A stretch of DNA of 64,000 nt, from the sequence record KJ019152.1; one strand, given 5' to 3'. Positions 30,119 through 38,584 of the stretch are shown piece by piece (the first letter of the stretch is position 1; every line of letters starts with the position of its first letter). A program made the position numbers and the translations under genes. The notes beneath the pieces are model-generated. The model did not search any database. It was given only the letters and a program-made list of their open reading frames with translations, and was not told the origin of the DNA.

Positions 30119-30172
30119 CAGTCCACAAACTGGCACACAGGGCTTGGCAACCCTCCAAAAAGGTGCTATACT
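30114..30172 (+). promoter_or_regulatory. Cassette 2
   Basis: GGTGACAGTC-CACA-AACTGGCACA; TTGGCA-17-TATACT; upstream stop TGA inside dyad. Confidence 0.9.
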
Positions 30173-30198
30173 ATCCAAGTAACCAAAGGAAATGATTT

Positions 30199-30420
30199 AT
30201 GAAACCAGCAGAAATTCTCTACGAAATGCAATCCATTCGTAAAGTCTGGCATAATAATAATTTCGTTATCAGTCCCGAACTAAACCGTCGCTATTGTGAA
30301 CTTCTTAAACTCCGCCGTGAACGAGTTTCTCAATTCTATAAAGAGGGAAGGGTCGCTACAGGATCACAGACCCCCGACCTCAAAGCCCGAGAAGCAGCCA
30401 GACAAGCCGAGGTTGGTTGA
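30199..30420 (+). CDS. Hypothetical early protein
   Basis: AAGGA RBS after cassette 2. Confidence 0.7.
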   Translation: MKPAEILYEMQSIRKVWHNNNFVISPELNRRYCELLKLRRERVSQFYKEGRVATGSQTPDLKAREAARQAEVG

Positions 30421-30424
30421 GCCT

Positions 30425-30664
30425 ATGCAGGAACTTCTAGATACTTTCTATACAACCCCCTATGGTGATTTTGCCATTAGAAAGACTCGTTTCGGTGTTC
30501 ATACCTCATATGATCGAGAGGGAACCGATTTGGTGACAGGTTTAGAGTGGATTGACGTATTCACCACCACACCTTGTCACCTACAATGGGAGAAGGAGGG
30601 TTACAAACCCCCCGAAGGTACAGTTCAAGCAACCTATGATAGTGTAGTCTCTGGAAAACTCTAA
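30425..30664 (+). CDS. Hypothetical protein
   Basis: Start refined to ATG 30425; TRFGVHTSYD..VTGL, YDSVVSGKL. Confidence 0.6.
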   Translation: MQELLDTFYTTPYGDFAIRKTRFGVHTSYDREGTDLVTGLEWIDVFTTTPCHLQWEKEGYKPPEGTVQATYDSVVSGKL

Positions 30665-31011
30665 TGGAAGACCGAAAATCACAACTATACAGCATCATGT
30701 ATGATGCCATCAGTGAATTAACTGAGCACGAGAGTGCTGAGGATATCTTTGACAATATTGTAGAGTATTTTGCTCTACGTGTTGAAGAAGCCCGTACTGA
30801 GGTTGATACTTACACGGATATGTTAAACGTATTCCGCAAAGACAACCCAGTGAGAGACGTTCCTAGTGCAGATCCATACAAGAGAACTGAATGGGAACAC
30901 GCATTTGGTGATATGGATGACATCAATCAAACATACATGCCATCAAACCAACACATCTGGAACGAGTTTCTTAAGAATATAAAATTCACGGACAATCAAG
31001 ATACTAAATAA
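30664..31011 (+). CDS. Hypothetical protein
   Basis: Coupled ORF (TAATG). Confidence 0.6.
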   Translation: MEDRKSQLYSIMYDAISELTEHESAEDIFDNIVEYFALRVEEARTEVDTYTDMLNVFRKDNPVRDVPSADPYKRTEWEHAFGDMDDINQTYMPSNQHIWNEFLKNIKFTDNQDTK

Positions 31012-31031
31012 ACACTATCAGGAGAAAAGAG

Positions 31032-31229
31032 ATGACTACTGACCCAAACGATAAGTACGCTAAGTTCAAAGTACCATTTGGCACTAATGAACATCACGAA
31101 GATGATGAATGGGATCCCACAACTGAGGGTAAAATCTCTGATTGGCACAACCGACATCAAGATAAACTCTTAGATGAGTTTTGTGACACTCACCCAGGCG
31201 CACCCCAGTGTAAGGTGTTTGACGACTAA
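31032..31229 (+). CDS. CP12-like protein (C-terminal Cys pair)
   Basis: Ends DEFCDTHPGAPQCKVFDD, like the CP12 C-terminal C-x8-C motif; AGGAG RBS; CTAAATA at 31004. Confidence 0.55.
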   Translation: MTTDPNDKYAKFKVPFGTNEHHEDDEWDPTTEGKISDWHNRHQDKLLDEFCDTHPGAPQCKVFDD

Positions 31230-31231
31230 CA

Positions 31232-31277
31232 AAGTGGCACAAGACCACTTGACAGTACCACATTATTAGGTTACAGT
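31232..31277 (+). promoter_or_regulatory. Cassette 3 (right half-site only)
   Basis: AAGTGGCACA-7-TTGACA-17-TACAGT. Confidence 0.65.
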
Positions 31278-31281
31278 ACAT

Positions 31282-31470
31282 TTGTTCAAGAGGTTTCTCA
31301 TGACTACCGTTGTTGATTCAGAGGTTATCTTTGCTGACGCTTTCAGTGAAGATGGTATAGACTACGGAACTGGTTATTATGTAACTAAGTTCTATAGCAA
31401 TGGTATGACCGACCTATTTGGACCATACAATTTTGAGGAAGACGCCCTCAATCTTGCCACTGTTTATTGA
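31282..31470 (+). CDS. Hypothetical protein
   Basis: ORF track; probable start at ATG after AGAGG. Confidence 0.5.
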   Translation: MFKRFLMTTVVDSEVIFADAFSEDGIDYGTGYYVTKFYSNGMTDLFGPYNFEEDALNLATVY

Positions 31471-31645
31471 TTCCTTCCTTTTTATTATGACTTTTGACAC
31501 CTACGAAGACGAAAGTATCTTCACTATTCTCGGTATTGCCGAAGAAGGTGAAGAAGAAACAGAAAACCCCTATTCCACTGAGGATACTAAAACACTAAAA
31601 GAATATGGCTATTGATTTCTCGTTCATTCTAGGTTTAGTTTTCAT

Positions 31646-31975
31646 TTGGTTGGGACTAAATATCCGTATAGTGAGAGAGGTGGAATAGTGGATTTCAGGG
31701 TAACAGTAAGAACACACACCGGGGCAGTTAGAGTTGTCGAGGTGAGCAACATGCCGAACGAGGAGGCAGCCAGAGCGGAAGCTGTTGGTATGACTTTCGG
31801 TAGGGTTCTGCAGGTTGAGTGTTTAGATGAGATCCCAGAACAATCCAAACCTAAAAAGAAAAGAGGACCAGTTCAAGAGATTGAACGAGAACTTAGACCA
31901 GGTGAAACCGAAACAATTGTAACAGGTTACAATAGCAACCCGTTAGCAGTGTTCTTCACTTTAGATGTTTTTTAG
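31646..31975 (+). CDS. Hypothetical protein
   Basis: ORF track; GAGG RBS suggests a start near 31687. Confidence 0.5.
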   Translation: MVGTKYPYSERGGIVDFRVTVRTHTGAVRVVEVSNMPNEEAARAEAVGMTFGRVLQVECLDEIPEQSKPKKKRGPVQEIERELRPGETETIVTGYNSNPLAVFFTLDVF

Positions 31976-32007
31976 GGGTTGACACACCCCTTTTTTTGTG
32001 CTATACT
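31974..32007 (+). promoter_or_regulatory. Cassette 4 (hairpin promoter without dyad)
   Basis: AGGGGT-TGACAC-ACCCCT hairpin with T-run; TTGACA-17-TATACT. Confidence 0.85.
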
Positions 32008-32028
32008 TATACCAATCGCAGGAGATCA

Positions 32029-32295
32029 ATGGAAGAAAACATGTCGATTTCGACAGAACTTCTAACCAGCATAAACGACGCCATGTATGTTGCCACTAAC
32101 AACGCAGCTACTTACATGCACGGTGATAGAGGTGCTGACGCTATGTGTCTCCTAAACGAGTGGACTACAGAGGATGGTGAATGTTTACTCACACAATATG
32201 CAAAGGGTGAAGTATGTGAGCACATGGGAACTTTCATGTTTATCAACCTAGAAGAAGAAACATGGGGTGAGTTTATTATATCCGATGATGAGTAA
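32029..32295 (+). CDS. Hypothetical early protein
   Basis: AGGAG RBS; start refined. Confidence 0.65.
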   Translation: MEENMSISTELLTSINDAMYVATNNAATYMHGDRGADAMCLLNEWTTEDGECLLTQYAKGEVCEHMGTFMFINLEEETWGEFIISDDE

Positions 32296-32542
32296 ACTAT
32301 ATACTACAGACAATTATTCAGGTACAATGAACCTAACTGAACATCAAAAGATTCAACTCTCACAATTTATTCATGAGTCGTTCTCTACATTCTATGAGGA
32401 GGAACTAAAGTTTCAAGTAGAAACTCTAAAAGATGATGATAAGTTGGATTGGACTTATACAATCACACCAAGAGACTCAGGGGAGATTTATGATAAGGTT
32501 CAGGAATTATTCACACTGGAAAGGCGTGTGACAGTCGAATAA
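32288..32542 (+). CDS. Hypothetical protein ending in the cassette 5 dyad
   Basis: C-term RRVTVE encoded by the dyad. Confidence 0.55.
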   Translation: MSKLYTTDNYSGTMNLTEHQKIQLSQFIHESFSTFYEEELKFQVETLKDDDKLDWTYTITPRDSGEIYDKVQELFTLERRVTVE

Positions 32543-32586
32543 GTGACACAAGGGGGGTTGGCAAACCCCCTTTTTGCTGCCATAAT
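32527..32586 (+). promoter_or_regulatory. Cassette 5
   Basis: TGTGACAGTC-GAAT-AAGTGACACA; TTGGCA-17-CATAAT; G-run/C-run hairpin with T5. Confidence 0.9.
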
Positions 32587-32608
32587 ATACTCATACACAC
32601 AAAGACCC

Positions 32609-32737
32609 ATGAACGTCCCCAACTGGCAGAAGCACTCCAAGAAAGACCAGAAGGGTCGCGGAGTGAGCAAGGGTCAGATGAGAGCCCGCAAACAGGCTCT
32701 ACGTGCCCTGAAGGCAAAGCTCCTTGTGACAGTCTAG
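32609..32737 (+). CDS. Small basic hypothetical protein
   Basis: MNVPNWQKHSKKDQKG...; stop inside cassette 6 dyad. Confidence 0.65.
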   Translation: MNVPNWQKHSKKDQKGRGVSKGQMRARKQALRALKAKLLVTV

Positions 32738-32784
32738 GAAGTGGCACAAGCCCCCTAGGCAAGACCCCCAAACCCTGCTATACT
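32725..32784 (+). promoter_or_regulatory. Cassette 6
   Basis: TGTGACAGTC-TAGG-AAGTGGCACA; TAGGCA-17-TATACT. Confidence 0.9.
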
Positions 32785-32807
32785 AAACACATACAAAGGA
32801 AACCACC

Positions 32808-33218
32808 ATGGCTCGTCACTCTGAAGTTCTCATCCAAGGCACCGAGGTTCCCGGTCTTCGTATGATCGTAACCGTTCCAGTCGATCACACCTGGGCATCA
32901 GAAACCGCCCGTAGCATCTACGGATTCGGTGGCAACACCCAATACATCTGGCGGAAGTCTTGGGAGACTAACAAACCCGCTCCCCGTGGTGGTGGTGGTT
33001 CGTCCTCCTCCTCTGGCATGGGTCCTGGAGCTATCCTGATGGGGATGATTGGTCTTATCCTGGTTGCTGGTATTGGTTCCGCCTTCGAGGGTAACGACAC
33101 CCCCTCAGCTCCTTCCTATGACGCTCCCGCACCTGTTGAGAGGTCATACGTTCCACAGGCACCCGCAGCCTCCTATGACAATGGCCCTTGTCTCACCGCT
33201 AACTTCGAACCTTGTTAA
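32808..33218 (+). CDS. Membrane-anchored hypothetical protein
   Basis: GGGGSSSSS linker, then hydrophobic GAILMGMIGLILVAGIG. Confidence 0.65.
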   Translation: MARHSEVLIQGTEVPGLRMIVTVPVDHTWASETARSIYGFGGNTQYIWRKSWETNKPAPRGGGGSSSSSGMGPGAILMGMIGLILVAGIGSAFEGNDTPSAPSYDAPAPVERSYVPQAPAASYDNGPCLTANFEPC

Positions 33219-33219
33219 T

Positions 33220-33393
33220 ATGAATGACTTTCGCCCCCCGCATCACACCACTACTAAAGAAGAGTGGGAGTTTATTTTCCAAACACAGATACATAACTGC
33301 GCCCAACTAAAGAACACAGAACTCCAACGTTTTGTGTGTGTAGATAGTACGGGCAACAAAACTACCAAATATGTTATAGAATACAATGACTGA
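33220..33393 (+). CDS. Hypothetical protein
   Basis: Start refined to ATG 33220. Confidence 0.5.
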   Translation: MNDFRPPHHTTTKEEWEFIFQTQIHNCAQLKNTELQRFVCVDSTGNKTTKYVIEYND

Positions 33394-33676
33394 AAAAGAA
33401 GTAGAGCTACACTTTGGGAGTGAGTATGAGGCTGGCATTGACTATGGGGATAGTGATGATTCAGACATTTTAGACTACACCAAAGAAGTAAGTGTCACAC
33501 TAACCCGTTCAGATTGGAATTGGTTTGTTACACTGATGTCAGACTCCGTTAATAAGATGGAGGCTGCAGTTTCTGCACAAGGTATGGATGCTGAGTCCTT
33601 CCTTTCTATTGATGTTCTTCGCACTATTCGTAATGAAATCGCAACTCAGAGTGGGCTCACTCAATACATTGATTGA
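33386..33676 (+). CDS. Hypothetical protein
   Basis: Operon-like packing. Confidence 0.6.
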   Translation: MTEKEVELHFGSEYEAGIDYGDSDDSDILDYTKEVSVTLTRSDWNWFVTLMSDSVNKMEAAVSAQGMDAESFLSIDVLRTIRNEIATQSGLTQYID

Positions 33677-33677
33677 G

Positions 33678-33950
33678 ATGCCAGTAGTGGCACCTAAAGG
33701 TTATCACTATGAGGCAGTAGAACACAAACAAAACGTAGTGGCTATTTGGTTATGTGGAGGTCCAACATACCTCTACAAGATGGGAGAAACTGCTAGAACT
33801 ATTCACTCCTTCTATAATATTAAGAAGAAAACCTGGTATGCACCTATCAACTGCAAGAAGCCAGGTAAGGAGGTATCAGTGGATAAGATACGACCTTACA
33901 CATCAATGCAACTGAACTACAACCCTCTGGAGATGCTACTATATGGCTAA
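33678..33950 (+). CDS. Hypothetical cyanophage protein
   Basis: APKGYHYE..IWL..WYAPIN.KKPGKEV..RPYTSMQLN. Confidence 0.7.
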   Translation: MPVVAPKGYHYEAVEHKQNVVAIWLCGGPTYLYKMGETARTIHSFYNIKKKTWYAPINCKKPGKEVSVDKIRPYTSMQLNYNPLEMLLYG

Positions 33951-33985
33951 ATATATGTTATAATATCATAACATATATCACGAAT

Positions 33986-34207
33986 ATGAAGTCCAAAGAC
34001 CAATACAAGAAAGAGTTTCAATTCACACTGAATACATCTGATGATAAGATCGCGGAAGAGAATATTCTTCACGATTTCGCCAGAGAGGTTTCAGTTATTG
34101 ATGCTTTCCTACAAGGTGGGAAGGTATCACTAAAGGAGGCAAAACAGCGTATCAAAGATGTATACAAAGTGTGGAAGAACTCACTGAAAAACAACAACCA
34201 AATGTAA
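33986..34207 (+). CDS. Hypothetical protein
   Basis: GGKVS..EAKQRIK..YKVWK. Confidence 0.6.
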   Translation: MKSKDQYKKEFQFTLNTSDDKIAEENILHDFAREVSVIDAFLQGGKVSLKEAKQRIKDVYKVWKNSLKNNNQM

Positions 34208-34594
34208 ATGGAACCTTTCCTGCTAATGGCTGTTGATGTAGCTGAATCTTCACCTTCTAGAAAGAAGGTTGGAGCTGTTCTAATGAATAAGAACAAAGTT
34301 ATAGCAACAGCCACAAATCATGATTGTAAATCACACCCTCTACAAGCAAAGTGGGCAGAACGTGTGGGACTATCTGAAAAGATATATCTACACGCTGAAA
34401 TGTCAGCAATGATCAAAGCTCGTGATGACTCAGACAAAATCGTTGTAGTTAGACTAGGAGGACATTCTGGTCACGAACTACGACAATCTCGTCCTTGTCC
34501 TATATGTGAATCATACCTGAAACATTCAGGCATTGAACATGTATATTATTCCACTGGGAATAACAAATTTACCTATGAATACTGGGGGAAATGA
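34208..34594 (+). CDS. Cytidine/dCMP deaminase-fold zinc protein
   Basis: HAE and PCPIC zinc motifs; KVGAVL. Confidence 0.85.
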   Translation: MEPFLLMAVDVAESSPSRKKVGAVLMNKNKVIATATNHDCKSHPLQAKWAERVGLSEKIYLHAEMSAMIKARDDSDKIVVVRLGGHSGHELRQSRPCPICESYLKHSGIEHVYYSTGNNKFTYEYWGK

Positions 34595-34791
34595 TGGAAA
34601 CGTTCACAGCAACTTGTCCCAAAGACTACGACAGACATCACTATTCAGTTGTCAACAAAGACGGCACGAATAGGATGTTTAGTAGTTGGGAACTCGCACA
34701 GAGTTACTGGTGGCATACTAACAAACTTGGCACACTATCACACATCGATGTGATAGACTATAAAGAACAATCAAGAGGTTTTGGAGCATGA
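34591..34791 (+). CDS. Hypothetical protein
   Basis: YDRHHYSVV..WELAQSYWW; overlapping start/stop. Confidence 0.6.
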   Translation: MMETFTATCPKDYDRHHYSVVNKDGTNRMFSSWELAQSYWWHTNKLGTLSHIDVIDYKEQSRGFGA

Positions 34792-35006
34792 ACATGTTGG
34801 GTAAACAATCAGAGACTGGGATGAAAGTAACCTTTCTTGGTTATATCCCAGAACAAGTGAAGTTCGCAGGATCTGACACACCAGACAAACTGAATACCAC
34901 TACAACATATACCATTGAACAGGTAAAACGATTCAACTCGTATACCAAGATCAAACTAGTTGGTGATGATCTGTGGTATAATTCAGTTCACTTTAGAGTT
35001 ACTTAA
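34788..35006 (+). CDS. Hypothetical protein
   Basis: ATGA coupling. Confidence 0.6.
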   Translation: MNMLGKQSETGMKVTFLGYIPEQVKFAGSDTPDKLNTTTTYTIEQVKRFNSYTKIKLVGDDLWYNSVHFRVT

Positions 35007-35206
35007 TGGATAACATCTATGGGCGTGAGTATCACAGACATGCTGTTGATTACGCTCTGATGATAGGTGAGTTAGAAGGAACTTACACTCACCTGAAACG
35101 AATGTCTTACTTTGAGGATGCTGCTATCCTTGAAGAAATGAAGAAACGTTACTACAAGATCTACTTCCGTACCTTACGTGAAGAAAGAGAAAAAGCAGAA
35201 AACTAA
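35006..35206 (+). CDS. Hypothetical protein
   Basis: TAATG coupling. Confidence 0.6.
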   Translation: MDNIYGREYHRHAVDYALMIGELEGTYTHLKRMSYFEDAAILEEMKKRYYKIYFRTLREEREKAEN

Positions 35207-35224
35207 CCTAATTGAGGATTTTGA

Positions 35225-35533
35225 ATGGTGTTAACTTGGACCGACGAAGAGAAAGTAAACCTAACCCGTGCAGAGGTTAGTATTCATGGGGAGAATATCA
35301 CTCCAGATAAACTAGACAACAAAACTCTACCAACAGATATTCATGTCATTGAATATGAGATGGAAGGTGTAACTTACTACGACGCGGTTCGTGCCTACAA
35401 AATGGTTAGCATCTTTGATGTATATCACGATAAGCTAAAAGGTGGTGGTAAAGTTGTTAGAATCACCAATGGGTATGGTAGCATTAGACCTAACCTGTGG
35501 AACAACAATAAGAGTGAGAAAGGTGATGAGTGA
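35225..35533 (+). CDS. Hypothetical cyanophage protein
   Basis: GAGG RBS; LPTD..IFDVYHD..GYGSIRPNLW. Confidence 0.7.
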   Translation: MVLTWTDEEKVNLTRAEVSIHGENITPDKLDNKTLPTDIHVIEYEMEGVTYYDAVRAYKMVSIFDVYHDKLKGGGKVVRITNGYGSIRPNLWNNNKSEKGDE

Positions 35534-35705
35534 GAGGAAGTCTGAGGACTGGATTAGTGAGTGGAAAGGAATGAATGATGAGTTCATTGAAGAAGACACT
35601 ATGTTCAGACTTGACATTCCTTCCACTGAAAAGACACAAGAATGGATGGATAGAGAACCATTAATCTTAAAAGTAGATCACTCGAAGTATTATTTTGATG
35701 ACTGA
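35526..35705 (+). CDS. Hypothetical protein
   Basis: Start refined to ATG 35526. Confidence 0.5.
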   Translation: MSERKSEDWISEWKGMNDEFIEEDTMFRLDIPSTEKTQEWMDREPLILKVDHSKYYFDD

Positions 35706-35901
35706 AGAAGATCCAATGATCAACTGGAAACAGAAGATGATGAAACATTGCACCCACGATTGGGAAAAGCAACTATTACGTGAAGGTGCCACATCATCTG
35801 TGACAGCAATGGGTATAATGTCACTAAAGAAACGATACAAAAGGATTATGGGTATTGATGATGATCCAAAGCCACCTGTAGTTCAGTACGCCTCCTATTG
35901 A
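35695..35901 (+). CDS. Hypothetical protein
   Basis: ORF track; packed in operon. Confidence 0.55.
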   Translation: MMTEEDPMINWKQKMMKHCTHDWEKQLLREGATSSVTAMGIMSLKKRYKRIMGIDDDPKPPVVQYASY

Positions 35902-35907
35902 TACTTT

Positions 35908-36312
35908 ATGAATAAGAACAAGCACAATGAGACTGTAGGATCTACAGTAGAAAGATCAGACGAGAGGATCAAAGACACTGGGGAGGTATTCACTCCCCTA
36001 GAACTGTGTCGTGAGATGGTGAACGAGATCCCTGAATCTACCCTACAAGATCCCAACTCCACCTTTTTAGATAATTCTGCTGGCTGTGGTAACTTCCTCA
36101 TCGCCCTCAGGGACCGGCTATTGGAATATCATGAGTTATCACATATCGTAGACAATATGATCTACTGTGTGGAACTTATGGAGGATAATCATAAGGAAAT
36201 CTGTAAGACAATGGGGGTATCTACCGATCATCCACACTATGTAAGGGCAAATGCACTGGAATACGATTATAGCTTCGGCAACCCCGTTGGGTTGGAAGGT
36301 TTCTTCGTGTGA
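35908..36312 (+). CDS. Short N6-adenine MTase-like protein (SAM-binding half only)
   Basis: GEVFTP, FLDNSAGCGNFL, YCVELMEDN; no NPPY; stop in cassette 7 dyad. Confidence 0.75.
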   Translation: MNKNKHNETVGSTVERSDERIKDTGEVFTPLELCREMVNEIPESTLQDPNSTFLDNSAGCGNFLIALRDRLLEYHELSHIVDNMIYCVELMEDNHKEICKTMGVSTDHPHYVRANALEYDYSFGNPVGLEGFFV

Positions 36313-36367
36313 CACCTGAATAACTGGCACAAGGGGGGTAGGCACCCCCCTTTTTTTGTGCCATAAT
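36308..36367 (+). promoter_or_regulatory. Cassette 7
   Basis: TGTGACACCT-GAAT-AACTGGCACA; TAGGCA-17-CATAAT; G6/C6 hairpin with T7. Confidence 0.9.
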
Positions 36368-36393
36368 ACAGAGGTAAACAACGGGAACCACCC

Positions 36394-36771
36394 ATGCAAC
36401 TACCTACCCCCCTGCTAAACAGAGGTTACACTATAAACGGCAATACTGCCAGTAGGGTATATCAGCACGGTTTTAGAGTAGAGTTAGAGGCACTAACTAC
36501 CCTAAACATGCCCATAGGTTTACTAAACTATATTATAAACGAAAACGATATAGAGTGCCCCTGGGCACCATCAGATGTAGAGCAGTTTGATACTATCTGG
36601 CACTATACTGTTACAGATATTAGAGGTGAGATACTAGATAATACATATGGTTTTACAACCTATTATATGTTTGACTCTATTAGAGAGATACATAACGCAC
36701 TAACAGATATTACAGTAGATAATGCGTTAGATATTATGAATGGCACATCTGAACTATATGCCACCTGCTAA
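36394..36771 (+). CDS. Hypothetical early protein
   Basis: Follows cassette 7; stop in cassette 8 dyad. Confidence 0.7.
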   Translation: MQLPTPLLNRGYTINGNTASRVYQHGFRVELEALTTLNMPIGLLNYIINENDIECPWAPSDVEQFDTIWHYTVTDIRGEILDNTYGFTTYYMFDSIREIHNALTDITVDNALDIMNGTSELYATC

Positions 36772-36816
36772 ACTGGCACAGGGGGGCTAGGCACAGCCCC
36801 CTATACCTGCTACACT
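36757..36816 (+). promoter_or_regulatory. Cassette 8
   Basis: TATGCCACCT-GCTA-AACTGGCACA; TAGGCA-17-TACACT. Confidence 0.85.
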
Positions 36817-36838
36817 AAACACATACCAAACCAATACT

Positions 36839-37015
36839 ATGTTTGAATTGATGTTACTGGCGGGGGTGGCATTCACACCTCTCCAAGGATCAGAAACTAT
36901 CAACCAATTTTGTTCTGAAGTTGTTGGTATCCCATACGCCAGTGATAACTTCACTGATGAAGAATGGGAACGTTTTACTTATTGTCGTGAATCTATCAAG
37001 GTACCTCAAAAATGA
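36839..37015 (+). CDS. Small exported-type protein (58 aa, not in ORF track)
   Basis: MFELMLLAGVAFTPLQG..FCSEVVGIPYASDNFTDEEWERFTYCRES. Confidence 0.65.
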   Translation: MFELMLLAGVAFTPLQGSETINQFCSEVVGIPYASDNFTDEEWERFTYCRESIKVPQK

Positions 37016-37299
37016 AAGAATCAATTATCTCTGGCATCAAAGGTGGTTTAATAGGCACAGGTTCTGCACTCGTTGTGTTTGCTGGAATTGAGTTCTTCTT
37101 CCCCACTCCAGATACATACACAATCGATCTCAACAAAAGAGAAACTATCTCCCTAAAGATGTCTGTTATTCGCACACCCTGTGGATATGATTATTGTTTC
37201 ATTCCTGCCATCAAAGAAGGAGAAGCAATTGAGATTGAAACACATAACCCAAACCCTGAGCCCGGTTTCCTTCGCCCTGTAGAATCTACTGATTACTGA
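37012..37299 (+). CDS. Membrane hypothetical protein
   Basis: N-terminal hydrophobic segment. Confidence 0.55.
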   Translation: MKESIISGIKGGLIGTGSALVVFAGIEFFFPTPDTYTIDLNKRETISLKMSVIRTPCGYDYCFIPAIKEGEAIEIETHNPNPEPGFLRPVESTDY

Positions 37300-37300
37300 T

Positions 37301-37510
37301 ATGGATTATCAACCCCCAACTCTCTGTATTCGGAGTATTGAACCAGCTGCAACTCCCGGTAGGTTCCTGTTAGATATGCCTTCACTTTGGAGAGAACCAG
37401 GAGCATTAGAGGTGGATCAATATACCATCGATTATGTTACTGGTGGGAAATATGAGGTTCCTAAATGTCCCCCAGGTTATCCAAATCCACCAACCCCTGA
37501 TACACAATGA
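37301..37510 (+). CDS. Hypothetical protein
   Basis: ORF track. Confidence 0.55.
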   Translation: MDYQPPTLCIRSIEPAATPGRFLLDMPSLWREPGALEVDQYTIDYVTGGKYEVPKCPPGYPNPPTPDTQ

Positions 37511-37577
37511 CACCCGAAGAATTTGAAGAAAACGCAAGAATTATCACGGGTGACCCAACATGGTCACTAGATGATGA

Positions 37578-37637
37578 TGTGACAGTTGAGGAAGTGTCAC
37601 AAGCCCCCTTGGCAAACCCCCTGAAACCTGTTATCTT
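37578..37637 (+). promoter_or_regulatory. Cassette 9
   Basis: TGTGACAGTT-GAGG-AAGTGTCACA; TTGGCA-17-TATCTT. Confidence 0.85.
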
Positions 37638-37697
37638 ATAGGAGTGGGAGAGATACACCCCCCACACCAAACAAACCCCCTACAACCCCTTCTAAGT

Positions 37698-38048
37698 ATG
37701 AATCTCAAGGCACTGGCACTCACTTCCGTTCTCGCCGTTGGTGGTATCTTTGGATCAGTTGCACCAGCATCAGCTGGCACCTGTTGGTTTGAAAACTACA
37801 GTGGTAGTTTGTCTCCAACATATTGTTCCACATATGTTAGGACTAACGCTAACGGACACAGGGTTGTGGATGTTGTTGACTATGAAGGAACCGCGATGAC
37901 GTTAGTATTCTGGACTGATAGTTCAGTTGAGATTCTCTACACTAACGGACAATACAATGGTAACCGAGTTGTGGCAACTTGGTACTTCGATGATGATGGT
38001 GACCGTCGCATCTATGTTGGTGACTTTGAAATGAGTCTCCGAGTTTGA
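37698..38048 (+). CDS. Exported hypothetical protein
   Basis: Signal peptide MNLKALALTSVLAVGG..APASA; Cys pair. Confidence 0.7.
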   Translation: MNLKALALTSVLAVGGIFGSVAPASAGTCWFENYSGSLSPTYCSTYVRTNANGHRVVDVVDYEGTAMTLVFWTDSSVEILYTNGQYNGNRVVATWYFDDDGDRRIYVGDFEMSLRV

Positions 38049-38055
38049 TAACACT

Positions 38056-38080
38056 GGAGGGTTTACAACCCTCCTTTTTT
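38056..38080 (+). terminator. Rho-independent terminator
   Basis: GGAGGGTT-TAC-AACCCTCC-TTTTTT. Confidence 0.8.
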
Positions 38081-38088
38081 ATGCCATG

Positions 38089-38117
38089 TTGCCACTACAG
38101 TGAATATGTGTTATAAT
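38089..38117 (+). promoter_or_regulatory. Non-cassette sigma70 promoter
   Basis: TTGCCA-17-TATAAT. Confidence 0.6.
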
Positions 38118-38142
38118 ACCTTTGTCAGGATCAGTAGGGATT

Positions 38143-38409
38143 ATGAAACGCAAAGCAACCAGGAACTTCGACCTTAGAATAAGGTTAGACGGCAACAAGT
38201 GGAAGGTAGTTCAGTTAGAAGAAGGTAAGATTATTACCCCAGCTAAGTTGAAAGAACTGAACGCTAGACAGATAAGAGATTATACAGAAGAAGTTAAAGA
38301 GGTTGACTTAAGTTTTCTATCACCAGAAGATAAGCGTTACTACCGTAAACATAAGTCTAATCCAGATATGGATTGGGCTCTAGATATTCTCTCCTACCCC
38401 CCCAACTAA
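38143..38409 (+). CDS. Basic hypothetical protein
   Basis: Start refined to ATG 38143 after AGGGA. Confidence 0.55.
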   Translation: MKRKATRNFDLRIRLDGNKWKVVQLEEGKIITPAKLKELNARQIRDYTEEVKEVDLSFLSPEDKRYYRKHKSNPDMDWALDILSYPPN

Positions 38410-38574
38410 ATGAAAAGCAAGTATGTAGAGCTTATGTCCTTATGGAAAAGAGCTATGTCAATGAACAACAAAGAGGAAGCATTCCGTCTAAAGAGTGAGG
38501 CTAACCAACTCATTATAGAAGGGAAGGTAACAGATAGGGAGATAACAGCAGGTAAGTTTATTGGTTGGCGTTGA
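38410..38574 (+). CDS. Hypothetical protein (54 aa, not in ORF track)
   Basis: MKSKYVELMSLWKRAM..GKFIGWR. Confidence 0.5.
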   Translation: MKSKYVELMSLWKRAMSMNNKEEAFRLKSEANQLIIEGKVTDREITAGKFIGWR

Positions 38575-38584
38575 TTGATATAAA

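Noticed and set aside
32725-32748. Dyad as a CRP or NtcA site
   Set aside because: Half-site spacing is TGTGA-N14-GCACA, not CRP N6, and there is no GTA-N8-TAC.
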